58,226 nt of DNA. Source: Actinobacteria bacterium UBA959 (GTDB lineage Bacteria > Actinomycetota > Actinomycetes > S36-B12 > UBA5976). Location of the stretch: positions 20,036 through 78,261 of the forward strand of contig DBCL01000012.1 of the NCBI GenBank assembly GCA_002293025.1, read 5' to 3'. Positions 47,736-56,925 of this stretch are shown one piece after another (position 1 is the first letter of the stretch; each line of letters starts with the position of its first letter). A program made the position numbers and the translations under genes. The notes below the pieces were generated by a model. It made no database searches and was not told where the DNA came from. It saw nothing but the letters and a program-made list of their open reading frames with translations.

Positions 47736-49667
47736 TTAACCTTGTACCGAGCCGTTTAGATCTGGTTTTTTTGGCACTACTACAGGCGGTTGGTTACTTG
47801 GGGTGCGTTTTGCTGACCCAGTCCAAGGCTCTCTATGTTCTCTACGCACTAAAGGTTCAAATATCTTTGCTACTTCTTCCTTATCTAGCGTTTCTTTCTC
47901 TAACAGTGCTTCAACTAATGCATCCAGTACTTTTCTATTATCTTCCAGTACTGAATATGCCTCGTGGTGAGCGTTTTCAATCAATTTTCTAACTTCGTCG
48001 TCAATTGCACCGGCAATATCTTCAGAATAATCTCGGTGTTGAGTAAATTCACGGCCAAAAAATGGATCGCTGCCATCCTTGCCATACTTGATTGCACCCA
48101 AACGTTCAGTCATTCCATACTGTGTAACCATTGCGCGTGCCAATGCAGTCGCCTTCTCAATATCGTTGCTAGCACCAGTAGTAGGGTCATGGAAAACCAT
48201 TTCTTCAGCAGCTCTGCCACCAAGCATGTATGCCAACTTATCCAGCATTTCATTTCTAGTTGTCGAATACTTCTCTTGATCTGGTAGGACCATCGTGTAG
48301 CCAAGAGCTCTGCCGCGAGGCATGATCGTAACTTTGTGAACAGGATCGCTCATCGGAAGTGCTGCGGCAACTAACGCATGTCCACCTTCATGATAGGCAG
48401 TAATTAATCGTTCTTTATCATCCATGACCCGAGTTCGCTTTTGTGGACCAGCCATCACGCGATCAATGGCTTCGTCCATCATCTCGTTAGTAACAGTCTC
48501 TAAATTATTACGAGCGGTTAATAGAGCAGCTTCGTTAAGTACATTTGCTAGATCTGCACCAGTAAAGCCAGGAGTTCTACGGGCAACTGCTAATAAGTCC
48601 ACATTTTCAGCCAACGGCTTATTCTTGGCATGCACTTTTAAAATCTGTTCACGTCCAATTAGATCTGGTCGATCTACTGCTATTTGGCGATCAAATCTTC
48701 CAGGGCGAAGAAGTGCTGGATCCAAGATGTCAGGTCTATTCGTAGCCGCAATCATGATCACACCACCACCGTCAGCAAAACCGTCCATTTCAACCAGCAT
48801 TTGATTAAGTGTCTGTTCACGCTCGTCATGACCACCACCAAGACCTGCACCACGCTGCCTACCCACGGCATCAATTTCGTCTATAAAGATGATTGCAGGA
48901 GCATTAGTTTTTGCTTGTTCAAACAAATCACGAACACGGCTTGCACCAACTCCAACAAACATTTCTACGAAATCTGATCCTGAGATAGAAAAGAAAGGTA
49001 CTCCTGCTTCACCAGCAACTGCACGAGCTAATAAAGTCTTACCAGTTCCTGGTGGACCATAAAGCAAAACACCTTTAGGTATTTTTGCCCCAACTTTTTC
49101 AAACTTTGCAGGTGCTGCTAGAAAATCTTTGATCTCTTGCAATTCTTCGAGTGCTTCATCAACTCCAGCTACATCCGTAAACTTAGTTTGAGGCATGTCC
49201 TTGGTAATTTGACGTGCTCGACTCTTTCCAAAACTCATCAATCTGCCGCCACCCTGCATTTGATTCATAAAGAAGAAGAGCAACAAAATAATTAAAGCAA
49301 TTGGAATTAGAGAAACTAGTAGGGAAACTAAGAAGTTTTGTTTTGGAACTTTAACCGTGTATCCGTCAGAGAGTCTGCCAGTATCCACTTGTTCTTGCAG
49401 TTCTTTTTGTAGTTCTAAGCCTTGCCCAGTTACAAAATCAGTCACTGCTTTTTTGCCATCTTTTAATGTGAGCTCTAAGCGTTGCTCAACATCAACAATT
49501 ACTGCACTAGTTACCTGACTACTGCGAATTAATGAAATTGCCTCTGCTGTATCTATTCGAGTTGGGCCAGTAGCACTAGCAACCAAATTACTACCAACTA
49601 ACAAAACCATGGTGCCTATGAGTATCCATAACAAGGGACCACGAAGGGAGCGCTTCTTTTTCTCCAT
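47736..49667 (-). CDS. ftsH: ATP-dependent zinc metalloprotease FtsH
   Basis: Two N-terminal TMs, Walker [12 protein letters not shown] and zinc site HEGGHA. ATG 49667 (MEKKKRS) has AGGAAG 6 nt upstream; the track's TTG at 49691 has none. Confidence 0.95.
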   Translation of the reverse strand: MEKKKRSLRGPLLWILIGTMVLLVGSNLVASATGPTRIDTAEAISLIRSSQVTSAVIVDVEQRLELTLKDGKKAVTDFVTGQGLELQKELQEQVDTGRLSDGYTVKVPKQNFLVSLLVSLIPIALIILLLFFFMNQMQGGGRLMSFGKSRARQITKDMPQTKFTDVAGVDEALEELQEIKDFLAAPAKFEKVGAKIPKGVLLYGPPGTGKTLLARAVAGEAGVPFFSISGSDFVEMFVGVGASRVRDLFEQAKTNAPAIIFIDEIDAVGRQRGAGLGGGHDEREQTLNQMLVEMDGFADGGGVIMIAATNRPDILDPALLRPGRFDRQIAVDRPDLIGREQILKVHAKNKPLAENVDLLAVARRTPGFTGADLANVLNEAALLTARNNLETVTNEMMDEAIDRVMAGPQKRTRVMDDKERLITAYHEGGHALVAAALPMSDPVHKVTIMPRGRALGYTMVLPDQEKYSTTRNEMLDKLAYMLGGRAAEEMVFHDPTTGASNDIEKATALARAMVTQYGMTERLGAIKYGKDGSDPFFGREFTQHRDYSEDIAGAIDDEVRKLIENAHHEAYSVLEDNRKVLDALVEALLEKETLDKEEVAKIFEPLVRREHREPWTGSAKRTPSNQPPVVVPKKPDLNGSVQG

Positions 49668-49754
49668 CTGGGCTTCCTGAATACCTCTCAAGCTATTTGG
49701 GTCTCTAGACCGATTTAGCCTCTAAGCGTAAGCCAAAGCGTAAATACGGGCACC

Positions 49755-50306
49755 TTAGGAGTACATTTTTGGAGATAAAACCGCTACATCTCGTAAGTTG
49801 CGATACTTCTCAGCAAAATCAAGTCCGTAACCCACAACAAAGTCATTTGGTATGTCAAAACCTACAAACTTCACATTAACGGCAACTTTGGCAGCATCAG
49901 GTTTGCGAAGAAGTGTCAATACTTCAACATTTCGTGCTCCACGTGAACGTAAATTTGAAACCAGCCAAGATAAAGTCAAACCACTGTCAATAATGTCTTC
50001 AATAACCAGAACATTTCGATTAACAACGTCTTGATCTAGGTCTTTAATGATTCGAACAACACCACTGGATTTTGTTCCTGAACCATAGGAAGAAACAGCC
50101 ATCCAATCCATTTCAGCGTGACGTTTGAGATGCCGTATGAAATCAGCCATTACAACAACCGCACCCTTTAAAACACCAACCAGAAGTAAATCCTGCCCTT
50201 GATAGTGATCTTCTACTTCCTGGGCTAGTTCTTGAAGTCGTTTTTGAATCTGCGCTTCAGTAAATAGTACGTTTGTAATTTCATCTTTTACTTCTTCAGA
50301 TTTCAT
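49755..50306 (-). CDS. hpt: Hypoxanthine phosphoribosyltransferase
   Basis: PRPP-binding motif VLVIEDIIDSGLTL; 183 aa. Confidence 0.9.
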   Translation of the reverse strand: MKSEEVKDEITNVLFTEAQIQKRLQELAQEVEDHYQGQDLLLVGVLKGAVVVMADFIRHLKRHAEMDWMAVSSYGSGTKSSGVVRIIKDLDQDVVNRNVLVIEDIIDSGLTLSWLVSNLRSRGARNVEVLTLLRKPDAAKVAVNVKFVGFDIPNDFVVGYGLDFAEKYRNLRDVAVLSPKMYS

Positions 50307-51274
50307 TTGGCTCCCAGAGTTGATTTGCTGATGATAAGTCTTCCAGAATCTCTTCTTACTTCAAACCCGCCAGGCAAATCAACTTCTTTTTGACCATGCC
50401 ATTTGGATACCAATTCATCCACAGCCCAAATGTGCACACTTTGCAAGCTACTGCTTGGGACATGATTATCTAGGAGCCACATCTGAATGACTCTTGTACG
50501 AATTGCTGGATCTTCATCTTGAAGTAACTTGATGTCGAGCTGTCCTGCCTGAATCACCTCGGAAAGGGCTTTTTCTGCCAGTTTGTCTAGGTAGTCAGCA
50601 TCAACTCTTAATAGTTCTGCAGTTCGGTATAGACCGTCAATAACATCTGCACCCAGCTCAGTCTTTAAAGTTGGGATTACTTTGTTTCTAACTCTCACCC
50701 GCAAAAAATTCTCATCACTGTTTGCTGGATCACTAATTGTTGGAACAGAGTCTGATAGTGCCGCATGCACAACTTCCTTAGATAAGTGCATGAGTGGTCT
50801 CAAGTAAACATCTCTCTTAGTTGGGATGCCCGCCAAACTGCGAGCACCAGAACCTCTGACCAAACGCATTAAGACAGTTTCCACTTGATCTTCTTTGGTA
50901 TGCCCTAAGAGAACTGGTGCATTATTGAGCTTGTTAGAAAATTCCAGAAGTGCGGAATACCTTAAATCTCGAGCGACTGACTCTTTGTTTGATTGAGCGC
51001 TAATACCTACCTGTACCACTTCAACTTGTTCAATACCCAAACGCAACAGAGTGTTTTTCACTTGCTTAGCATTCTCTCCAGAATTGGAATGCCACTGATG
51101 ATCAACAACCACACAAGTTACTGACCAATCTCGACGTCGGGATAACTCAAAAGCATTAACAGCCAAAGACATAGAGTCAGGGCCACCGCTACAAGCCACA
51201 ATTAAGTCGCGGCCAACATAGTCCGTTAGGGCTTGATCGATTGCCTGTTGAACCACAAAAACTGGGTTAGTCAT
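50303..51274 (-). CDS. tilS: tRNA(Ile)-lysidine synthetase
   Basis: PP-loop VACSGGPDS; 323 aa. SD TGAGGT lies upstream of the ATG. Confidence 0.9.
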   Translation of the reverse strand: MTNPVFVVQQAIDQALTDYVGRDLIVACSGGPDSMSLAVNAFELSRRRDWSVTCVVVDHQWHSNSGENAKQVKNTLLRLGIEQVEVVQVGISAQSNKESVARDLRYSALLEFSNKLNNAPVLLGHTKEDQVETVLMRLVRGSGARSLAGIPTKRDVYLRPLMHLSKEVVHAALSDSVPTISDPANSDENFLRVRVRNKVIPTLKTELGADVIDGLYRTAELLRVDADYLDKLAEKALSEVIQAGQLDIKLLQDEDPAIRTRVIQMWLLDNHVPSSSLQSVHIWAVDELVSKWHGQKEVDLPGGFEVRRDSGRLIISKSTLGAK

Positions 51275-51452
51275 CGCTTTTTACCTCAACTACTGCTTGG
51301 TATCCCCTGCTGAAGATACGACATCGGTTACTGCTCCCATATCCCAAGCCCAGAACTGGGCCACAGATAGACTCCCACCCCTACGAAACCCTCGCTTTAC
51401 AAGGAGTTCGTGCGGTTTATGAACTTTCTCATAAGCCTTTTCTAGGAGGAAT

Positions 51453-53729
51453 ATGTTCGGCTCAACTTTGGCTGCCGCAAGCACAGATTCGATTGTGTTA
51501 GCTGGCACTAACCAGACTCTTGTTCTGGTGGTCGCAGCAATATCAATACTTGCTTTGGTAATGGCGGTGATTTTTAGACGTGAGGTTCTAGCTTTCGATC
51601 AAGGAACTGCCAAGATGCAAGAAATTGCAAAAGCAGTTCAAGAAGGTGCGTATGCGTACTTAACGCGACAGTTCAAAACTTTAGCCATATTTGTGGTCTT
51701 AGTTTTTGCACTTCTTTACATATTGCCAGGAACTACTGACGTAAAAATTGGCCGATCAATATTCTTCGTTTTTGGAGCAGTTTTCTCAGCAGCAATTGGT
51801 TACTTCGGTATGTCACTTGCAGTTAAAGCAAATGTTCGTGTTGCTGCAGCTGCCCGTGATAGTGGAATTGATCGTGCCACCCGCGTTGCGTTCCGCACTG
51901 GTGGTGCAGTTGGTATGGCAACAGTAGGTCTGGGTCTTTTGGGTGCATCAGTTGTTGTGTTGATGTATCAAGGTGATGCAGCCAAGGTGCTTGAAGGATT
52001 TGGCTTTGGTGCAGCAATGGTTGCGATGTTTATGCGTGTTGGTGGAGGTATCTTTACCAAAGCAGCCGACGTCGGTGCAGACCTTGTTGGAAAAGTTGAA
52101 AAGAATATTCCAGAAGATGATCCGAGAAATGCTGCCACAATTGCAGACAACGTTGGAGACAACGTTGGTGACTGTGCTGGTATGGCCGCAGATCTATTTG
52201 AGTCTTATGCCGTAACACTTGTTGCAGCATTAATTCTTGGTAAGGCAGCCTTCGGTGTAGAAGGCTTGGTCTTCCCGCTCATAATTCCAGCAATTGGCGC
52301 ACTAACTGCCGTTATTGGTGTGTTTATCACCAAGCCTCGTAAGGGCGAAAACGGATTAAAGGCAATTAATCGCGGTTTCGTAATTTCTGCGCTAATTTCA
52401 GCAACATTGTCAACAGTCGCTTCTTATGTCTACTTGCCTGCAACTTTTGCTGAATTTGTGGGAGTTGCAACTGAAATTAGCTCTCTTGATGGAGATCCTC
52501 GTTTAATTGCTACTGTTTCAGTGCTGCTTGGAATCGTGTTGGCAGCAATAATTCTTCGAGTTACGGGTTACTACACCGGCACTGATAAAAAACCTGTCAT
52601 GGATATTGGTAAGACATCACTAACTGGCGCAGCCACAGTGGTGCTTTCTGGTATGGCAATTGGTTTGGAATCTGCAGTCGTAACAGCTCTCATTATTGGT
52701 GCTGCTGTTTATGGTGCATTCCTACTAGGTGGAGCTTCCATTGCGCTTTCTTTGTTTGCAATTGCACTTGCAGGTTGTGGTCTGTTAACAACGGTAGGTG
52801 TAATTGTGGCTATGGACACATTTGGTCCAGTTAGCGATAACGCTCAAGGTATCGCTGAAATGTCTGGCGATGTTCATGGAGAAGGCGCAAAAATCTTGAC
52901 TGAACTTGATGCTGTTGGTAATACCACTAAGGCGATTACTAAGGGTATCGCAATTGCAACTGCTGTACTTGCAGCCACTGCACTCTTTGGTGCTTACCGT
53001 GATGCAATCCAAACTGCAATTGCAGAGGCTGGTGCCAACCTAGATCTGCTAGATGCGTTCAACGTAACTAAGCCAAACTCTTTGTTTGGATTGTTGATTG
53101 GTGTGTCAGTAGTGTTCTTGTTCTCAGCGCTGGCAATCAATGCAGTATCGCGCGCAGCTGGTGCAGTCGTTTATGAAGTTCGTCGTCAATTTAAAGAGCA
53201 TCCTGGAATTATGGATGGCACTGAGCGTCCAGAATACGGAAAAGTTGTAGATATCTGCACTAAAGATTCATTGCGTGAATTAGTAACGCCTGGACTTCTT
53301 GCAGTATTAGCTCCAATTGCAGTTGGTTTCGGCTTGGGTGTAGGCCCACTAGCCGCTTACCTTGCTGGTGCTATTGGTGCTGGAACCTTGATGGCAGTGT
53401 TTCTATCAAATGCTGGTGGAGCGTGGGATAACGCTAAGAAACTAGTTGAAGATGGAGTACATGGTGGCAAGGGTTCAGAAGCACATGCAGCAACTGTTAT
53501 CGGTGACACCATTGGTGATCCGTTCAAGGACACTGCCGGACCTGCAATCAACCCTTTAATCAAGGTTATGAACCTTGTTTCAGTGTTGATTGCTCCATTG
53601 GTAATTAGCATGACTGTTGGTATGGATCCAAATCCTGCCTTACGTTATTCAATTGCAATTGGTGCGGTATTAATCATTCTTGCTTCTATTTGGAATTCAA
53701 AGAGAAAAGAAGTAAGCATCACTGCTTAA
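51453..53729 (+). CDS. hppA: Membrane-integral H+-translocating pyrophosphatase, K+-independent-type signature
   Basis: 758-aa polytopic protein with the DNVGDNVGD, GGAWDNAKK and DTIGDPFKD motifs. The GNTTKA motif has Lys at the position that is Ala in K+-dependent enzymes. AGGAGGA lies just upstream of the ATG. Confidence 0.95.
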   Translation: MFGSTLAAASTDSIVLAGTNQTLVLVVAAISILALVMAVIFRREVLAFDQGTAKMQEIAKAVQEGAYAYLTRQFKTLAIFVVLVFALLYILPGTTDVKIGRSIFFVFGAVFSAAIGYFGMSLAVKANVRVAAAARDSGIDRATRVAFRTGGAVGMATVGLGLLGASVVVLMYQGDAAKVLEGFGFGAAMVAMFMRVGGGIFTKAADVGADLVGKVEKNIPEDDPRNAATIADNVGDNVGDCAGMAADLFESYAVTLVAALILGKAAFGVEGLVFPLIIPAIGALTAVIGVFITKPRKGENGLKAINRGFVISALISATLSTVASYVYLPATFAEFVGVATEISSLDGDPRLIATVSVLLGIVLAAIILRVTGYYTGTDKKPVMDIGKTSLTGAATVVLSGMAIGLESAVVTALIIGAAVYGAFLLGGASIALSLFAIALAGCGLLTTVGVIVAMDTFGPVSDNAQGIAEMSGDVHGEGAKILTELDAVGNTTKAITKGIAIATAVLAATALFGAYRDAIQTAIAEAGANLDLLDAFNVTKPNSLFGLLIGVSVVFLFSALAINAVSRAAGAVVYEVRRQFKEHPGIMDGTERPEYGKVVDICTKDSLRELVTPGLLAVLAPIAVGFGLGVGPLAAYLAGAIGAGTLMAVFLSNAGGAWDNAKKLVEDGVHGGKGSEAHAATVIGDTIGDPFKDTAGPAINPLIKVMNLVSVLIAPLVISMTVGMDPNPALRYSIAIGAVLIILASIWNSKRKEVSITA

Positions 53730-53742
53730 TAAGTTACTGAAT

Positions 53743-53776
53743 AAGCGGCCAAAACTAGATTTAGTTTTGGCCGCTT
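53743..53776. terminator. Intrinsic terminator hairpin shared by convergent hppA and copD/ctaG
   Basis: AAGCGGCCAAAAC-tagattta-GTTTTGGCCGCTT forms a 13-bp stem, followed on the plus strand by TTTCTTTTG. The 3' arm encodes the last codons (..KKSGQN*) of the minus-strand gene. Confidence 0.7.
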
Positions 53777-55704
53777 TTCTTTTGCAGATTATTTAACATT
53801 TTATTGTATTCATCAAGTTCCATATCGCCATAAATTTCAACTTGCCTATCTCGACGTGCAGCAACTTTCTGATCAGATTTAGCCCACTGAATACCAAGTG
53901 CTATGAATACTAATAGCATCGGCAGTTCACCAAAACTCCATGCTATTGAACCTGCGAGAACCTGATCGGCCATGACATCTGGCAACCAAGAAGGAGCAAC
54001 CTTTTGGAACCAGCCCCCACCTAAAACTGAATTACTCTGCATCATTACCACACCAAAGAATGCGTGAAACACCATAGACATTAGTACCAGAATCAACCTA
54101 AGTGGATGAGCTAACTTTCGTGGCTGAAAATCCGTTCCAATAACTAGCCAAAAGAATAAGTATCCAGACAATACGAAGTGAATATGCATGAAGATATGCC
54201 CAAGATGACTTCCCATCAAAATAGACATAAGTGAACTAAAGTAAATTGCATAAATTGAGCCGATATAAACTGGTAAAGCTACAAGTGGATGAGTGATTAA
54301 CTTGCTCCATTTACTATCAAGAGTTGCTGTTATCCACTCCCGCGGACCAAGATAGTTTCCGGTGGTTGGCTTTAGTGCTCTAAGCGCTAACGTAATTGGA
54401 GAGCCAAGTACTAAAAGTATTGGGGCCAACATCCCAAGGGTCATGTGTTGAATCATGTGTGCACTCATCATTACTAATGCATATCTACCCAACTCGATAT
54501 TCGTTACATAAATAATGGAAGTAACTCCTAGAACCCAAGTTGTTGTCGCAAAAAAAGACCACTGATCACCACGTCTTCGCAATCGCACAACTCCTGCAAG
54601 ATAGAGTCCAATTGCAAAAGTGCCAGCTAGTAAAGTGAAGGGGTCCACTGCAATTTTGGTGAATGCAATCCACCAATCGATTGGGGCTGGTTCGATATAC
54701 CCTGTTATTTGCTCTATTAAAGTTTGAGGAGCAGTTGCTTCTTTTGGAAAAGCGGTATTTGCTGCTGCTGTAGCGAGACCCAGTACGACAAATAAAGTTG
54801 CTACTTCTAAAAGGATAATACTTAAATACTTAGACATATTTTCTTTTAGGCGTTTTCTTACGTAACCAGCAATTCCCAAAGCAATAATCGTTCCAGCAAC
54901 CTTTAGTGTGATTATGAACCCATAGCCACTTGTCCACAATTGACTGAACTGATCAATTCGGGTCAGAGAGTTAGCAATTCCACTCAAGACCACCATTACT
55001 ACAGATACAACTGCAATTTTTGAAAATCGTGAAACTGCAGCGAGTGGTTGGAGAGCTTTTGGCTCACGGAGATATCTGACAAGCCCAACTAATCCTGCTA
55101 CCCAGCAGCTCATCCCAATTACATGAATAAACCCGCTAGTGACAGCGAGTGCGTGACCACCAATACCGGTGGCATGTGCTGAAATTGCAGAAAAGGTTGC
55201 AAAGAACATTACAGCCGCTGCACTAAATCCGGACACAGCCACAGATTTTGTCTTACTGGCTAGAAGTGAAATCATCAACGCACCTGTGGCAGTTATTAGT
55301 AATGCTCGAACCGTTTCAATCTCCCAGGCGTAGGTGATAATCAGATTTAGATTTAATGTTTGATTTACTGATAACCCAAGGATCCAAACCAATAAGAAAT
55401 TAGCTGCAGCAAAAGCCACTCCACTCCAGACAAATCCTGACCTAACCGCAGTTCTATTCCAGCGAATTCCCACTGGAGATAGTTCTTTCTTGTTTGCGGT
55501 GGGTGCAAATAGGGCTGCAATCAAAAATCCAGACAAAGTCCACACTCCAGCAAAAGCTGACATATATTCCAGTATTGGAACTGCCCAACCCACTAGTGGC
55601 CCAGAGTCTGGAATTCCAACCGCAGGTTCGCTCCAGCTGCTGCCAGCAATAGTCATGACGGCCACAATCACAGTGATCGCAATCATCAGAATTAGGGCAA
55701 CCAC
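53761..55704 (-). CDS. CopD-like / cytochrome c oxidase assembly factor CtaG (caa3-type) fusion membrane protein
   Basis: 647 aa with about 14 predicted TM helices. The N-half resembles copper-resistance CopD and the C-half CtaG-like, as in the roughly 650-aa bifunctional actinobacterial proteins. Assignment is by architecture and memory, not search. Confidence 0.7.
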   Translation of the reverse strand: MVALILMIAITVIVAVMTIAGSSWSEPAVGIPDSGPLVGWAVPILEYMSAFAGVWTLSGFLIAALFAPTANKKELSPVGIRWNRTAVRSGFVWSGVAFAAANFLLVWILGLSVNQTLNLNLIITYAWEIETVRALLITATGALMISLLASKTKSVAVSGFSAAAVMFFATFSAISAHATGIGGHALAVTSGFIHVIGMSCWVAGLVGLVRYLREPKALQPLAAVSRFSKIAVVSVVMVVLSGIANSLTRIDQFSQLWTSGYGFIITLKVAGTIIALGIAGYVRKRLKENMSKYLSIILLEVATLFVVLGLATAAANTAFPKEATAPQTLIEQITGYIEPAPIDWWIAFTKIAVDPFTLLAGTFAIGLYLAGVVRLRRRGDQWSFFATTTWVLGVTSIIYVTNIELGRYALVMMSAHMIQHMTLGMLAPILLVLGSPITLALRALKPTTGNYLGPREWITATLDSKWSKLITHPLVALPVYIGSIYAIYFSSLMSILMGSHLGHIFMHIHFVLSGYLFFWLVIGTDFQPRKLAHPLRLILVLMSMVFHAFFGVVMMQSNSVLGGGWFQKVAPSWLPDVMADQVLAGSIAWSFGELPMLLVFIALGIQWAKSDQKVAARRDRQVEIYGDMELDEYNKMLNNLQKKSGQN

Positions 55705-55779
55705 ATTGTTCCTTTATTTGTGACCTCAGGGTCAATTATCTAATGAATAGCTTTAAGAGCACAGCGACTGGAAGAAGTT

Positions 55780-56316
55780 TTAGGAATTGCTTTGTGAAGT
55801 TGATAACTGACTTAATAGGCCTGTTATTGATTTCTCTACCATCTGTAGGACTTGGGCATACGCGGGTAGCTCTTTGTAATAAGGATCTGGAACAGCCAAG
55901 CTATCTAACGAGGAATTTGGATCACGTGATTCAAATTCTCTTAGGAGCATAACTTTCTTTAGTAAGTTCTTTGAAGGGGCCAATTTGAGGACGTCTTCAT
56001 AATTTGTTTCATCCATAACTAATAACAAGTCTTGATTTAAGAACATATTGCTTTGAAATTGCTTGGCAACATGTTCATATTTGTATCCAGCAGATTCCCA
56101 AGTGAATATTGACTTTGGGTTTGCTCCTTCACCAACATGCCAAGGTCCAGTCCCAGAACTGTCAACTAGAACGCGAGGTTTAGAAATTGCTTGAGCACGG
56201 TTGTGTAAAACTGCAGCTGCCATTGGAGATCTGCAAATGTTGCCTAAACAAACCATCATCACTTTGACTTCAGACTGGCTTGCTAACTCATTTAGATAGT
56301 CTCGATCTATTGGCAC
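55780..56316 (-). CDS. Low-molecular-weight protein-tyrosine phosphatase
   Basis: P-loop CLGNICRSPMA (CX5R-S) and general-acid loop VPDPYY. GTG 56316 is preceded by GGGGAG. Confidence 0.85.
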   Translation of the reverse strand: MPIDRDYLNELASQSEVKVMMVCLGNICRSPMAAAVLHNRAQAISKPRVLVDSSGTGPWHVGEGANPKSIFTWESAGYKYEHVAKQFQSNMFLNQDLLLVMDETNYEDVLKLAPSKNLLKKVMLLREFESRDPNSSLDSLAVPDPYYKELPAYAQVLQMVEKSITGLLSQLSTSQSNS

Positions 56317-56431
56317 ATTCTCCCCAGTGATTAAGTGTTGGGTCTTTCCATCACTTAGTTTACTAACCCTTTACCATAAAGGATCATTTGTCAGGTAATC
56401 TAATATCAGGAATTAAACGTGAGGACTGTTA

Positions 56432-56827
56432 GTGGAAGCACTTAAATACATTGGAATACTAAGGCAAATTCTCAAGGCAGGCTCAATTGTTTTTGGGTTG
56501 AGTGCAATCTTCTTGCTGGCTCTACCAAGTCTGTTTTTAGAATTACTTGAATTGGAAGTATCCGACACCTTGAGTTGGTCCATGCGCATGATTGGAATTA
56601 CCTTGGTTGCACTATCTGGGAATATGTATGTTGGATCTAAGTTTGCTCCAGATAATGCGTTAATAATGGTCGCCAAAGTAATGGCTATCTCTGCATTTGG
56701 ACTTGGTTTTCTAACACTGTTAATTCCTGCAAAGTTAAGCCTTTTTAGCTTGGCATATGCCTTGATTGGCTTCATCTTCTCTAGCGCTTATGCCTTATTT
56801 CTCTGGAAATTGAGCCGAATCAAATAA
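56432..56827 (+). CDS. Hypothetical small membrane protein (about 4 TM)
   Basis: GTG start with GAGGA 7 nt upstream and hydrophobic helices throughout. It is preferred over the overlapping antisense ORF 56413-56775, which lacks these features. Confidence 0.45.
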   Translation: MEALKYIGILRQILKAGSIVFGLSAIFLLALPSLFLELLELEVSDTLSWSMRMIGITLVALSGNMYVGSKFAPDNALIMVAKVMAISAFGLGFLTLLIPAKLSLFSLAYALIGFIFSSAYALFLWKLSRIK

Positions 56828-56925
56828 ATATTTCCAACCCCTACACTTAAGCCTCTTCAATCAAACACAGATTTTTCGGAAAGGTTTCACCATGAATAAC
56901 TCAGCAAGTGTGTGGGGGTTCTGAC

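Noticed and set aside
51340-51365. The palindrome GCCCAGAACTGGGC in the tilS/hppA spacer, as a possible riboswitch or operator upstream of hppA.
   Set aside because: It is too short, with a 2-nt centre, to form a stable RNA hairpin. No flanking conserved structure is recognisable, and I cannot link it to any known motif by eye.
56413-56775. A 120-aa minus-strand ORF overlapping the 131-aa plus-strand membrane-protein ORF.
   Set aside because: The plus-strand frame has an SD (GAGGA) and consistent TM-helix composition. The minus-strand frame has neither. Only one can plausibly be real.
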